Positions 26,547 to 40,282 of a stretch of DNA of 64,000 nt are shown here, piece after piece. Both the position numbers and the translations under genes were made by a program. The notes beneath the pieces were generated by a model. It searched no databases, was not told the origin of the DNA, and saw only the letters and a program-made list of their open reading frames with translations. The DNA is from Octopus sinensis (Eukaryota). The first letter of the stretch is position 1; the number at the start of each line of letters is the position of its first letter. The stretch spans positions 37,448,001 through 37,512,000 of the forward strand of contig NC_043002.1 of NCBI RefSeq assembly GCF_006345805.1, given 5' to 3'.

Positions 26547-27022
26547 GGATTTCTTTATCAAATACACTCACAAGGCTTTGGTCAGCCTGAGGCAATAGCA
26601 GAGGACACTTACCCAAGGTGCCATGCAATGGAACTGAAACTGGAACCATGTGGTTGGGAAGCACAATTCTTACCACATAGCCACCCCTGTGCCTATGTAT
26701 GTATGTATATATATATATATATACATAAATACATACATATATATATATAAATACATACATATATACATGTATAATCATATATACATACGTGTGTGTGTGT
26801 CTTTATGTCTGTGTTTGCGCCCCCTCCCCCTCACTGATTGACAACTGTTGTTGGTGTGTTTATATCCCTGTAACTTAACAGCTCAACAAAAGAGACTGAT
26901 AATATAATGTATCAAGCTTAAAAGAAATAAGTACATGGGTTGATTCATTCACCTAAAATACTTCAAACGGTGCTCCAGCATGGCTGCAGTTTACTGACTG
27001 AAGCTAGTAAGAGATAGAAGAT
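26232..27022 (+). mobile_element. Old SINE A interrupted by an inverted SINE A (26372-26694)
   Basis: Plus-strand head and core, then a minus-strand copy lacking its 3' tail, then the plus-strand 3' half; flanked by a 58-bp direct repeat. Confidence 0.75.
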
Positions 27023-29379
27023 AACTGCAAAGAAGTAGGTTAATAACTGCGTAAATCAGAACTCATGTAACCTGAATATTAAGAATACTCTCAAAGCTCC
27101 ACACGAGCAAAACCATTATAATATTGCAACAAAATCTATATCACCATATATGGAACATCTATAGCAAACTGTATTTTTGAAACTTAAAGAGTATATCCTA
27201 ATGGAAAGGTTAAGTAATGCTTAGATAAGTAATATGGTTATATGAATAGAGCTGAAACTAACAGAGACTATTTGGAAAACACCAAAAAGTATGTATTAAA
27301 AGTTGATGATATATGAATGTGTGCCTTCCATTATAAATGAATTGATGTGCAGATGTATATTATATTTTATATGCCTATTTCCTTACATTACCCCATATAC
27401 AAGCTTTTGTAACATTAAAACATTTCACAAAATAGAGATATTTGTTTGAATTATTTATACAAACTGACCAAATATTCAAAGAGTCTACATTATTGGATTA
27501 CAATTTTTATTAAACAACATTTACTGGGTAAAAAAATAACTAGTGTAAGTTGCTAGATATAAATAAATTGTTTTAACTAAATGGAATTGTTATTATATAA
27601 TATACATTTCTACATTCCTGTAAATCAAAAGTAGCTAATGTAATGTTTATAGAGAATTATGGCTATCTAAAAGTTTGTTCTCTTTTTATTTCTGAATTGG
27701 AGAGAAATTTAACAGAATAGAAACAGACAAAAAATTCAGAAAAATACCAAAGTTAAAAAACAGAAAATAACAGAATTCTTATCCAATTAGCTATAGTGAT
27801 GGGGAAGTTTATTCAAAACGATAGATAAATAACTTAACTTAAAAGGAGAAAGGCATGTCAGGAACTTTTGGTTAGAAATCTTCCATGGCCGTATGGTTAA
27901 AAAGTTTGTTTTGCAACCACACATTGTGGGTTCAGTTCCACTGCACAATACCTTGGGCGAGAGTCTTCTTATAGTCTCATAAATTTAGTAGATAGATACT
28001 GTATATGTATTTGTGTGTGTGTGTGTGCATGTGTTTGAATCTTTGAACTTGTGTTTGTTCACTCACTGTTACTTGACAACGAGTGTTGGTTTGTTTACGT
28101 CACCATATCTTAGATATTCAGCAAAAGAAAGTGATGGAAAAAGTATCAGTCTTAAAAGTAATACCAAGGTCAATTTGTGTCCCAGCATGGTCATAGTTCA
28201 ATGACTGAAAGAGTAAAATGTAAAAAAAAAAAAAATCACATAACGGAAATCATAACCAGCAATGTCAGTTTTAAGCCATTAACATTTCTTTGATCGCAGT
28301 TTAACCTATTCCTAACATTTTTATATTCTCCATTCATGTACAAATAAATCTATTTCTGTTGAAGTAATAACCCTTACTACTATAGGCACAGACCCGAAAT
28401 TTTGGAGGAGGGGACTAGTCAATTACAACTGGTATTTATTTTATCACTCCCGAAAGGATAAACGGTAAAGTCGACCCCCAGTGGAATTTGAACTCAGAGC
28501 ATGAAGACAAATGAAATGCCACTAGGCATTTCACCCAGCATGCTAATGATCCTGCTAGTTAATCACCTTCTGTTGAAGTAATAATGGATACTGATCTTCA
28601 TCAGTGTTGCATTCTATGAGGATAAGATTATTTATTTCCAGGACATCAAGATCTTCAAATTAGAATTCTGAAAACTCCTCTCAAAGTTATGCTTTTGGGA
28701 TTTACAACTGAATAAGTATTATTAGGTCACTGGCAATTCTGAACAACTGCAGAAAAAAAAAATCTTCCAAGATGAGAAAATGAAACAGGAGGTAGTGATG
28801 CAGAAAGGTAAGAGCAATGATTGTACATTTATTGTAAGTACATTATTATCTGATGTTATAAAGAACCTGATATCAGAGGTTATTGTTACTTAATGCAACT
28901 CCCTGACAATGGTAAGTTTATGATTAAAGACATTAAGTAAACAATGACTTGTCTGAAGTGAAAATGAGTACATTTATTCTTTGTAATAGAATGTTCTGTC
29001 AATATATTGGACAAAGGAACAGATTCTTGAAGAAGACAAAAAAGTATACAGTGTGCAGGTTTCTGAGGGAGACATTTACATGGAAACTAAGAAACTATAA
29101 TAGATTAAAACACAATACACACTCATGCAGACACAAACACATGTACATACATGCACACACATGCACACATACACACATGCATGCACGTGTGTACACACAC
29201 ACAAGCACTCACAGATACATGCAGTCACACACACACACACACATACACACATGCATGCACGTGTGCACACACACTCACACACAAGTGCTCATACACAGAT
29301 ACATGCAGACACACACTTGTATACAACCACATGCACTACCCACACATATACACCACACACTCACACGCTTATATATATC

Positions 29380-31625
29380 ATCATTTTCATCATCATCATT
29401 TTATATTTGTTTTTTTTTTCTATACTGGTATGGATTGGATGAGTCACCACACTTCAAGTCAATTTTTATTTTGGAATTACAATAAAGGTTGAAAGCCACT
29501 GACTGCAGATATGGCAAGGTGATAAGAATGACAAGAGATAAGAGAGGGTGTTAAAGATAAGGATTTGGCAGTCCTAAGATGTGTTTCAGGGAGATATAGA
29601 ATGGGGCGATCAGTGGAGAATAAAGTGGGAAGGAATGATTTTGAGAATGAAGGATGGATTTTGAGAAGTGATTACAGTAAGATGGCAAAGGGGAAGGTGA
29701 CTGGTCACTTAAACATGGATAAAATATCTTCCCTTACATCATTATAGCAGCTAAGAAGTGACATAGTTAGCAGAGTGAAGAGATAGGGGTTAGGGAAGAT
29801 GAGAGGTGGAGAAGGCTTCACAGGGATAGAATGGCAGCTTTTAGGATCATGCTGTCAATTTACTGTGTCTTCTTGCACACAACAAACCACCAATCATCTC
29901 AGGTCTTCATCATCTCCATTAGTTTCAAAATCTTGAGATCAGTTTTTGCTATTTTGTCCTATCTCTTCCTGAATCTCCTTCGTCCACAAGTTCCATCCAC
30001 TTTTAGTGATTGGCTCTTCATATGGATTGCATGGCCATACCAGCAGTCTTCTCTCTTGCACACTACACCTCATTCTTTATATGCCCAGTCTTTTTCTCAA
30101 CACACTTAAACTTTGTTGTACATGCATGCTAAAATTGTGCATCTAACAGAGCATAGTAGCTTCATTCTTTTCTAGCCCTCACATGTCTTCTGCATTTGGA
30201 GCTTACATCTCACTACCATTTAGCATTGCTAATTGTACACAGGCATCATACAATCTGTCTGTTATTCTTAAACAAGACCTTTTGTTGCCAACAGAAATAA
30301 CAGCATTTTGAACTTTCTCCATCCTTTCTGAACATCTACTTCCACTCCTAATTACATCACCTAAGAAACGGAAACTATCTATTACCTTTAGAGAACCTCC
30401 TAACATTTGAGAAAAATCTGTTTCCATGTGTCCTTAATATTTATTGTTCTTGCATATCTGCCACATACAAAGACTACTTTCTGTGTTAAGCTTCTGTGAT
30501 TTCACTGCATATTTTGTGTAGCCATAGTTTACACTGGGTACACTATAGAATTTCTATCTACATATTTTCTATATATTGAGCAGAACCATTATCCTGAAGG
30601 TAGTAGAGTCCTATCTATTTTGCTGCTAATTAGAACTTTGGTCTTTGCTAAGTTAACTTTAAAGGCTTTGATTCCTGCTTTTGCTTCCACACTTGTAAAC
30701 TTTACAAATTCTATGATCATACAGTAGATCCCAAGGTCAACTGATCTTAAATTCCTCTGCTATGACTAGGAGGAACTGAGAACTGAGCACTGGTGAACCC
30801 CTACCTGTACACTAAATTCATTGCTGTACTCATTACTACTCTCTCACTTTACTGAGAACACCCCTGTTCATCACTTATATGGCTGTCACAAGCCATTCAT
30901 CTACCCCAAAGCCAGCGATCCTGTTGAAAGCTTTCTCCAGGTCACTGAATACCATTTACTTTTGGCTAAATGCTTATCTCATAGTTGTTTTACTAGAAAG
31001 AGAGTATCAGAAGAATTTCTCCCTGGCAAAAAGCCAAATTGCATCTCACCTAATGTAATTCTCTTCCTAAATAATTGATTAGGCTAAAACTTTTTCAATA
31101 ACTTTCATGACCTGGTCCAGCAATTTGATACCTCTGTAATTAACTCTGTCCAAAGCATCTCCTTTACCCTTGTAAAAGTTGACTATAATAATATTATGCC
31201 AGTTGTCGAGTATAACAGCTTTCTATACGACCTGATTAACCATGTAGGTGGCTAGCAGCATCCTACTCTGGCAGATAGTGATGATTCCTGATGGACCGGA
31301 GGCTTTCCCTGCCTTCATATCCTTAATTGCATTATCTGTTGTACTACTGTTAGTCAGAACAGCTGTTCCCTCTGTTGAGTCTATGTTGGGAAGACTCCCT
31401 TTCTCCCATTCATTCTCCACATTTAATAGCCTTTCATTGTAGCACTTACGTGCCTCTTTCTTTTTGATATTACTAGGTGCAAGTATACTATTATCCAGCC
31501 ATACACACTTGCTGCTTACAATATCTCACTTCTCGATGATACACTGTCTTGCAATCCAGATCACCTCATGCTTCTGATCCTCATGTAGAAGAACATTGGC
31601 AAACTTCTTCGTTCTCTAGTTTAAA
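29380..31625 (-). mobile_element. Degraded RTE-clade LINE, about 2.2 kb (RT domain through 3' tail)
   Basis: ORF-track peptides ENEWEKGSLPNIDSTEG..KDMKAGKASGPSGI and SLKVIDSFRFLGD..RLYDACVQLAMLNGSE; pyrimidine-rich UTR; tail ...ccataccagtatag..aaaat(GAT)n at about 29380-29420. Confidence 0.88.
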
Positions 31626-32444
31626 TGAAGCATTGTGGAACATCAATATGGTATTGAAGGTGATAACGATTTGGATAAGGAATTAACTATCAAACGATAG
31701 CAATAACAAAGATATTGGAAAGTTGCTTCAGAAATACTTAATTAGTCCTGATATTTTGAGCTAGAAACTCCTTTACAAAAGCTTCAAAGAATAAGAGAGA
31801 GTGATTAACTACAGGTGTTGGTGTGTCAAATTCTTGTGTGTAATATTCAAATTACCACCTTTACCCGTGTGAAGTCAGAACATACAGATATATAATTACC
31901 TACTGCAAACATTTTATCTGACCAAATTCTAAATTCCTTCTGATCAAATTTCTTCTCTCAGTTTCTTCTGACCAAAATAGTGCTTGGCAGGAAGTGGAGA
32001 AATTGTCATAGTACAAAGATCTTGAAGTTGAAATGAGCAGAATATGAGGCATGAAACTAAACACAATACCAATAAATACTAGGGCCCAAGTTATAAAAAA
32101 ATATGAACAAAACATAAATAACATAACCAAGGCTCATAATATTATACTCAATCCAAAAGATATTCCTGTTAGTTGCAGCCCATGTCCTACACAAGACACT
32201 TCCAAGTCAACAGCACAAACCAAACTATGTACTATTTGTACATGACTCAACAACCACTCAATAAAATAGCCCTACTGGACACATATGTATTGAATCAATC
32301 CCAAACAGTATAATACAACATATGCTTCTCATAAGCACCATACAAATAAAGTAACATTGAAACATTCTCTCATACAACCAATAGCTGAAATCTATTTAGG
32401 TGCAGATATGGCTGTATGGTCCTTACTTCCCAACCATGTGTGCA

Positions 32445-32756
32445 AGAAGAAATGTCACAGAGAATTTAGAATGCCATGCTAACAATTCTGCCAGCTCTCT
32501 GCCTTATTAACAATAATCACAACAACTACAATAATAATAATAACCTTTTCTGCTAAAGGCACAACGCCTGAAATTTTAGAGGAGGGGGCTAGTTGATTAC
32601 ATCGACCCCAGTGCACAACCGGTACTTAATTTATCAACCCTGAAATGATGAAAGGCAAAGTTGACCTTGGCAGAATTTGAACTCAGATTGTAAAAATGGA
32701 CAAAATGCTGCTAAGTACTTCACCTGGTGTGCAAATGATTCTGCCAGCTCATCGCC

Positions 32757-32795
<39 letters not shown>

Positions 32796-34012
32796 TTTTA
32801 AAATTTTGGCACAGGCTGGCAACTTCTGATTTCATCTTCCCCAGTATTTGATCGGTACATATTTTATTGATCCTGAAAGGATGAAAGGCAATTTGACTTC
32901 GGCAGAATTTGAGTTCAGAATGCAAAGACAGACAAAATGCCATTTTATCATGCATGCTAACAGTTCCACTAGCTCTCAGCCTTTACAACACCAACAACAA
33001 TGATAATAGCCAGATATTGTCAAAAAGCACCAGAAGAGGAGTGCTCCATAATATCCCAATCTATAATAATTCTCTATAAGAAATAGAGAAATAATCAAAT
33101 ATAAAGATTTGGAAGGAGAAGGAACCATAATGTGGGGACTGAAAACGTAAAACAAAAGTCTCCCTATAATAATAGGTGTCTTGAGAATATTTAAAGAAGA
33201 TACAGACCAAAACATAAGCAAGGACTTACAAAAATTCATAACGTATAGAAAAATTACCAGTGACTGTGAATATATTTCAGAGAATAATTTCAGTACAATA
33301 AGACACAAAATGAAGCTCTGCACAGATCCAAGGCATTCAAACAACATTTGGTAGGACATTGAAGGTGTGCAATGAAAATAATAATAATAATTAATAATGG
33401 TTTCAAATTTTTCCACAAGGCCAGAAATTCCAGGGTTAGTTGATTACATCGACCCCCGTGTTCAACTGTTATTTTATCAACTCCCAAAAGAATGAAAAGC
33501 AAGGCTAAACATAGAGAGGACAAACAAGGACAGAGAAAGGGATTAAGTTGATTACATTGACCCACTCCATAACTGGTACTTATTTAATCGATTCTGAAAA
33601 GTTCAAAGGCAAAGTCGACCTCGATGGAATTTGAACTCAGAACATAACAGCAGATAAAATAATGTTAAGCATTTCACCTGGCATGCTAACGATTCTGCCA
33701 GTTTGCCACCCTAAGTAAGTTAGCCTTGGCAGAATTTGAATTCAGAACATAAGGGTGAGCAAAATGCTGCTGAGTATTTTGCCTGGCTCAGTAACGATTG
33801 ACTTCCAATCTTGGTACAGAACAATCAGTTTTTGAGGAGGCAGAGAGACAATTACATCGACCCCTGTACTTGATTAGTTCTTACTTTATTGACCCTGAAA
33901 GGATAAAAAGCGAAGTTGGCCTCAACAGAATTTGAACACAGATTGCAAAGAATCAGAAGATATGCCACTAAGCATTTTGTCTGAATCACTAACAATTCTA
34001 CCAGCTCACCTT
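32445..34012 (-). mobile_element. Same-orientation cluster of about 6 SINE D copies separated by (AAT)n
   Basis: Repeated gcagaatttgaactcaga...gctaa...ttctgccagctc segments at about 32445, 32540, 32795, 33400, 33500, 33720 and 33810. Confidence 0.85.
33005..33385 (+). mobile_element. R4/Dong-type non-LTR retrotransposon 3' relic (restriction-like endonuclease)
   Basis: PDIVKKH (33010) ... EIIKYKDLEGEGTIMWGLKT*NKSLPIIIGVL (33088), resembling the RLE PD..D..K..KY.DL..W....P...G motif; ends in (AAT)n. Confidence 0.7.
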
Positions 34013-34028
34013 TTTAATAGTAATGATG

Positions 34029-34065
<37 letters not shown>

Positions 34066-34407
34066 TGATGATGATGATGATGATGGTAATGATGATGGAA
34101 GCTAAGATTATAGTGGATTGAATTATCCATAATTTATAACTAGTTCTTATTTTATTGATCCTCACATGAGTAAGAATCAAAGAAAAGCAGTTGAAACCTA
34201 GTTAAGGCCAAAACTGAAATATGAAATGTGTAGGGAACTAGATAAAAATTATTAATAGCCAAACACATGAAGGATATATATAGTTCAAGGTAGTGTAGAA
34301 AGAATATAAAAGAAATCATCGTAGAGTAATGGGGGAAAGATGCGCTAGGAAGTTAGCAGGAAATATAATTTCTGAAATAAGTTCTACCATCAAAAGCAAG
34401 AAACAAC

Positions 34408-34450
<43 letters not shown>

Positions 34451-35789
34451 ATGATGTTTTGGATTTTTTTTTTTGTACAAAACAAAATGGTCATATTATA
34501 GAGAGGTTCAGAGACCAGATGAGATCAAATTAAAATTAAAAAAAAAAAAAACAGCAAAAAACATGACTTGCTAAAGCAATTTTTTTTCATCTGGATACTT
34601 TTACTAACATCAAATGCTCTGATGTAATGTAAAAATAGATGAATAACTAAATAATAATAGAAATAAAAGTAAGATATATTGAAAGGTTAGGAAATATGAT
34701 TTTTTTTTTTCAAAATAATTAAAAGTTTTACTATCAAAAGAAAGACGCAATTAAATAAACATCCTTAATGAGACCTTCAGAGGTTTCTCAATACAAAATG
34801 AATATGTAACATGGATGCTGAGACAGGGGAATAGAAGCACCATAAAAGAGACATAAAGATAACTTGCTCCACCAAGCAAAGTGTACTTTTTTTTCATCTG
34901 GATTCTTTTTCCAGCATTAAATAATACTCCAGAATGCAAAAATAGTACAAGGCATCAGGCAAACTGACCAGAGAGATAAATGTACAATGCTGTATATATA
35001 ATACATTGCTTTCAGCAAATAACCCAGTCATTTACATATATTTGTATGCATAAGTAGATATGGTATATTGCTTATAGCAAATAACTCTCTAGTTTATCCC
35101 CTTCAGCTATTCAAAAAACAACAATTATTTTTGGAGTTATATTTACTGATTTTAAGACCAGACAAAAACTGCATAAAACTGTAGAAATTTCAGTAAATAT
35201 TGTAATTTAATAGAGAAAAACAAATATTTTTTGATATATGGTTAAAAATATATATAAAAAATTTTTTCTGAAGATAAATATTAAAGTATTAAAACAAAAA
35301 ATTTTAAATGATATCTAAAATGAAAAATAAATAGTAACCAAATTTCTAAGCTTAATCAAATCCCTGAAGGTTTGAACAAATATTTTTTCTATTAAATTAT
35401 AAATAAGTTCAGCTTATTTTGATAAACCCTTTAATTATCCAAATTCCCAGTCACGAATTACAATTTCCCAAATGAAATTGAACAATATATATTCAGAAGT
35501 AATTAAAGAAATATAATATTATCTTATATTATTACATTATCTTAATTTGTTTTTTTCTGTTATGAGTAACGATTTCTTAAATTGTTTGTCTATGAAATCT
35601 GACTTTCTAGACATTCCCTGGTGATACCATTTGAAAATACACAATCAGAACATGATAGCTCATCATCCTAATATGTTGTTGACTATGGTTTGACATTCAG
35701 CACCATCATGCCCATCGATCTGTCAGGCTGAATAAACACATTTTCCTACTTATTCTGAACACTTAAAATATCAGAGGTCTATATCAGAG

Positions 35790-36198
35790 GTCACAGTAGT
35801 GGCTGTGTGGTAAGTAGCTTGCTAACCAACCACATGGTTCCGGGTTCAGTCCCACTGCGTGGCATCTTGGGCAAATGTCTTCTGCTATTGCCCCGGGCCG
35901 ACCAATGCCTTGTGAGTGGATTTGGTAGACGGAAACTGAAAGAAGCCTGTCGTATATATGTATATATATATGTGTGTGTGTTTGTGTGTCTGTGTTTGTC
36001 CCCCTAGCATTGCTTGACAACCGATGCTGGTGTGTTTACGCCCCGTCACTTAGTGGTACGGCAAAAGAGACCGATAAAATAAGTACTGGGCTTACAAAGA
36101 ATAAGTCCCGGGGTCGATTTGCTCGACTAAAGGCGGTGCTCCAGCATGGCCGCAGTCAAATGACTGAAACAAGTAAAAGAGTAAAAGAGTAAAAGAGT
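35790..36198 (+). mobile_element. SINE family A, young full-length copy
   Basis: Nearly identical to 13060-13470. Confidence 0.88.
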
Positions 36199-36345
36199 AT
36201 GCAATGGAGTCTCTACATTGATGACTGTATCCTTGTGCACAGCTCCAGCGGCATATAGTTTGCTTTCCAAATAATAATAATAATATTGATAATAATAATA
36301 ATAATACTAATAATAATACTACTATTACTAATAATAATAATAATA

Positions 36346-36801
36346 AATGCCCTAATGCAGTACCAGGCAGTGGCTCTCATGGCTTCTGATCTTAACTGAT
36401 TGGAAGTGTTATCACGTACATTGTTTTGTCTTGGTATAAAAGACGGGCTACAGCAAATATTCTGCTCAATACCACAGATTAGCTTGTCAGTTGTTTGACC
36501 TTAGCCAGTTGAGCATGTCCCTTAGTGGCTGACGATATGTGCATCTCTGATCTCGAGCAGAAGTATTGGGAGAGCATCATAGCCATGTGTTGAGAGGGAT
36601 TATTTGGGCTTTGAATAATTCACCTCTGGAAACATGGGTGTTTTGTTCAAAATCCTTAAACAACCCTTATTCAGGGACCTTTTGAGCGGGATGGGTTACT
36701 CGACCAGAAGAAAATTCTAACTGGGCCCCACCTGCAAGGTCATGTGCTGTTTTATTTTACCCCAGTGCCACTTTGATGGCATGCACTGCTCTCTCTCACT
36801 C
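36346..36801. mobile_element. About 456-bp non-coding element inserted in (AAT)n
   Basis: Higher-GC block flanked on both sides by AAT repeats; I see no pol III boxes, TIRs or ORF. Confidence 0.6.
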
Positions 36802-38323
36802 AAAAATAATAATAAGTAAATAAATAAATAAAATGAAATACAACGAAAACTCTACTGAATTACACTAAAGAAAGAAAAAAAAAATTTTTTCTAAGCAAAA
36901 CAAACTGACGGACTTTTATATTCACTCTATTCCCACAAAACAAACAATATATTCTTGATGTAAATAACTAGCAGTAACCACAATTTCTGTGTTGTCTTCA
37001 CTGAGTCACAAGTTTTAAAAAAATACGAAAAGAAATAAAAAAGAAAAATTCTTACACATTAACCTGAACATAATGCCCTTGTTAAACACTTTACAAAAAA
37101 TAAACTACCAAGAATTATACAAAGAAGACAAAGATATAAAACATATGTACCTTCCATCTAAATCACAGCTCTTACAATTTACTTACATGACTAATAGTTC
37201 TCTGACAATAACAACAAAAACAACAACTTCTGCTCCCTTTCTTATAGGTGGTGAATTAGCTGAATTCTTAGAGCAGTTTAGCAAATGTTTCGTGGTTTAT
37301 ATTCCAGCTTCCTATGTTTCAAGCTCAGTTGCTGTTGATGTCAGCTTTGCCTGTCATGCTTCCAGAGGATAAAAGGCAGTCCTGGAACAGTGGTTCCCAT
37401 CTGGGATCCATACAAGAATTTGTCGTTTTAATTTGTGGGAATCAAACTGGATAGATTTCAGCAATGCACAAAATATCTAAACAGTTATTTATATCCCTCC
37501 TCGTCCTCCTCATCATCATCCGCCCCCACCATTTTGGAGTTGATAAAATAAGCACCAGTTAATCACTGTAATTGACCAGCACCTTCTCCATCAAAACTTT
37601 CTGGACCTTGTGCCTATTGTAGAAAGAATTGTTTAACAATACAAATAGTTATTTGTGATCTTGGATAAGTTAATAGGCTACAAGGAGGAGAGGAACTAGA
37701 TGTTTAAGAGCGGTCTTTAACCCAGGGAAAGAAAGCCTTTTTTGCTGCATAATCTTTGCTAAAGATTCTGTGCATTGTGCATCCTAATGCTTAAAATAGC
37801 TATGCCATATCCTTTGGTGTTATAAAAGGTGGCTAAAAGGGTTGAGGGACAGAAGGGACAACTGGCTGTAAAACACTGCATCATAAAAGAGAACCATAAC
37901 AAATTATCATGAAAATCAATGTAGAACACACAAGTCTAACCTTTGCCTGCATTTTTAAGGAACACGATCGTAAAACCTTTGATGTTGAATAAGCTTTGAC
38001 AAGATGCACTAGTAACAGTTTCTTCGAATTATGTTGAGTAAAACGTTTTTTTTTCAACATGTTAATACCAATTTTTGGTTAACTAACTACCTCTCATATC
38101 CATCATCACTACAGAAAAAGAGAAAGAGCAGCTTATTTTTAACCTTGTCCAAGTTGACTGTAGAAACACAGTAACTCCTTTGAATGCCACACAGATATAA
38201 CATTCTACGTAGCATTCTTTGAAATTCCTAACATGCATACATACATAAAATACAAGCACATATTCACACACACATACATACATGTGTGTGCATGTGCATC
38301 TGTTTGTGTATATACATACATAT

Positions 38324-38399
<76 letters not shown>

Positions 38400-38403
38400 T
38401 ATA

Positions 38404-38430
38404 TAATTTAGAGAAAAACCACTATTAAAC

Positions 38431-38463
<33 letters not shown>

Positions 38464-39029
38464 AATTAGTTTTGAAATGTATGCATTGGAACAAGATTAG
38501 AGTGTATTTTACAAAAGCGTGTGCACCTGTATTAGGCCTCAAAACCGGTTTTATATTATGATCAGTAAAACCGAAACCGATTTACCAAAACCGATTTTCA
38601 GGCTTGCTGTTTCGGATCTTTTCAATAAGAGATGTTTTATGTAACAGAATGATGACTGAGATGTGAAACCTATAAAGACAGCTGTATATTGCCCCTGTTG
38701 TTATAGCAACAGCATATGTAAGTGCTGTTGTTGTTTTTATTTAATACTAGGTCAGCTACAATCAAATATATATATAATCAAACTCATATGAGCTGTGACA
38801 GCCTTATTTCTTTTCCAGACACTCTTCCAAGGACCATTGTACACAATATGTTCTTCATGTTTTTAAGCTAGTTGAGTGTGATATAATGAAGATTTGACTG
38901 CTATTTCTAGCTGACTGAGCAAACATGTGATGTCTGTATAACTAACATTTGAATGTATGTACAAATGCATGTATTTAAATATTTATATATGCATACACAC
39001 ACACACACACTCATAAAAATATACATACA

Positions 39030-39073
<44 letters not shown>

Positions 39074-39103
39074 ATATAATTTAGAGAAAAACCACTATTA
39101 AAC

Positions 39104-39134
<31 letters not shown>

Positions 39135-39700
39135 AATTAGTTTTGAAATGTATGCATTGGAACAAGATTAGAGTGTATTTTACAAAAGCGTGTGCACCTG
39201 TATTAGGCCTCAAAACCGGTTTTATATTATGATCAGTAAAACCGAAACCGATTTACCAAAACCGATTTTCAGGCTTGCTGTTTCGGATCTTTTCAATAAG
39301 AGATGTTTTATGTAACAGAATGATGACTGAGATGTGAAACCTATAAAGACAGCTGTATATTGCCCCTGTTGTTATAGCAACAGCATATGTAAGTGCTGTT
39401 GTTGTTTTTATTTAATACTAGGTCAGCTACAATCAAATATATATATAATCAAACTCATATGAGCTGTGACAGCCTTATTTCTTTTCCAGACACTCTTCCA
39501 AGGACCATTGTACACAATATGTTCTTCATGTTTTTAAGCTAGTTGAGTGTGATATAATGAAGATTTGACTGCTATTTCTAGCTGACTGAGCAAACATGTG
39601 ATGTCTGTATAACTAACATTTGAATGTATGTACAAATGCATGTATTTAAATATTTATATATGCATACACACACACACACACTCATAAAAATATACATACA

Positions 39701-39745
<45 letters not shown>

Positions 39746-39760
39746 TATATATATATAATA
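38404..39760. repeat. Near-perfect tandem duplication, 673-bp period
   Basis: taatttagagaaaaacc starts at 38404 and 39077; unique parts look identical; (TA)n at the junctions. Confidence 0.92.
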
Positions 39761-40114
39761 ATTAAGGTGGATGGATACAATTTTAAACCAAAAAAGAAAT
39801 AACTCACCATAATTTTTAGTAATGGTGAATTACATACATACATACATACGTACATACATGCATGAATGCATACATACATACACACACACACACATATACA
39901 CATACATTTTCAAACACATTTACTCTCATGAACAGACATACACACATATATGCATACGCATATGATATGACTGCCTATCACTCTCTCTTCCGTTCACCCA
40001 TACTGCCTTGAATGAACAAATATAATGTACAGTAGTGAGAATACTTTAGATGTACAGTAACAAGGAACAGAAAATAAAATCTTGTGCTAGTGTCCCCAAT
40101 ATAATGCACCCAGT

Positions 40115-40282
40115 CACTAGCATAGCTAGAGTGTGTGCCACCCAGGGTGGCCCTCTTGTTTGGCACCCCCAAGACCCCACAAAAAAGACACATTGTCTAC
40201 AATAGACCCAAAAGTACCACCCCTTTAAAGGTATTGTCTAGGGCGGACTGCCCCTATGGCCCCACCCCCAGTTATGTTAGTG
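40115..40282. mobile_element. hAT (Tip100-like) MITE, 168 bp
   Basis: TIRs CACTAGCATAGCT / AGTTATGTTAGTG (11 of 13), perfect 8-bp TSD CACCCAGT (40107-40114, 40283-40290). Confidence 0.88.

Noticed and set aside
34566-34945. Diverged direct repeat of about 80 bp around TTTTTTTTCATCTGGAT
   Set aside because: Too short and AT-rich to interpret beyond an old local duplication.
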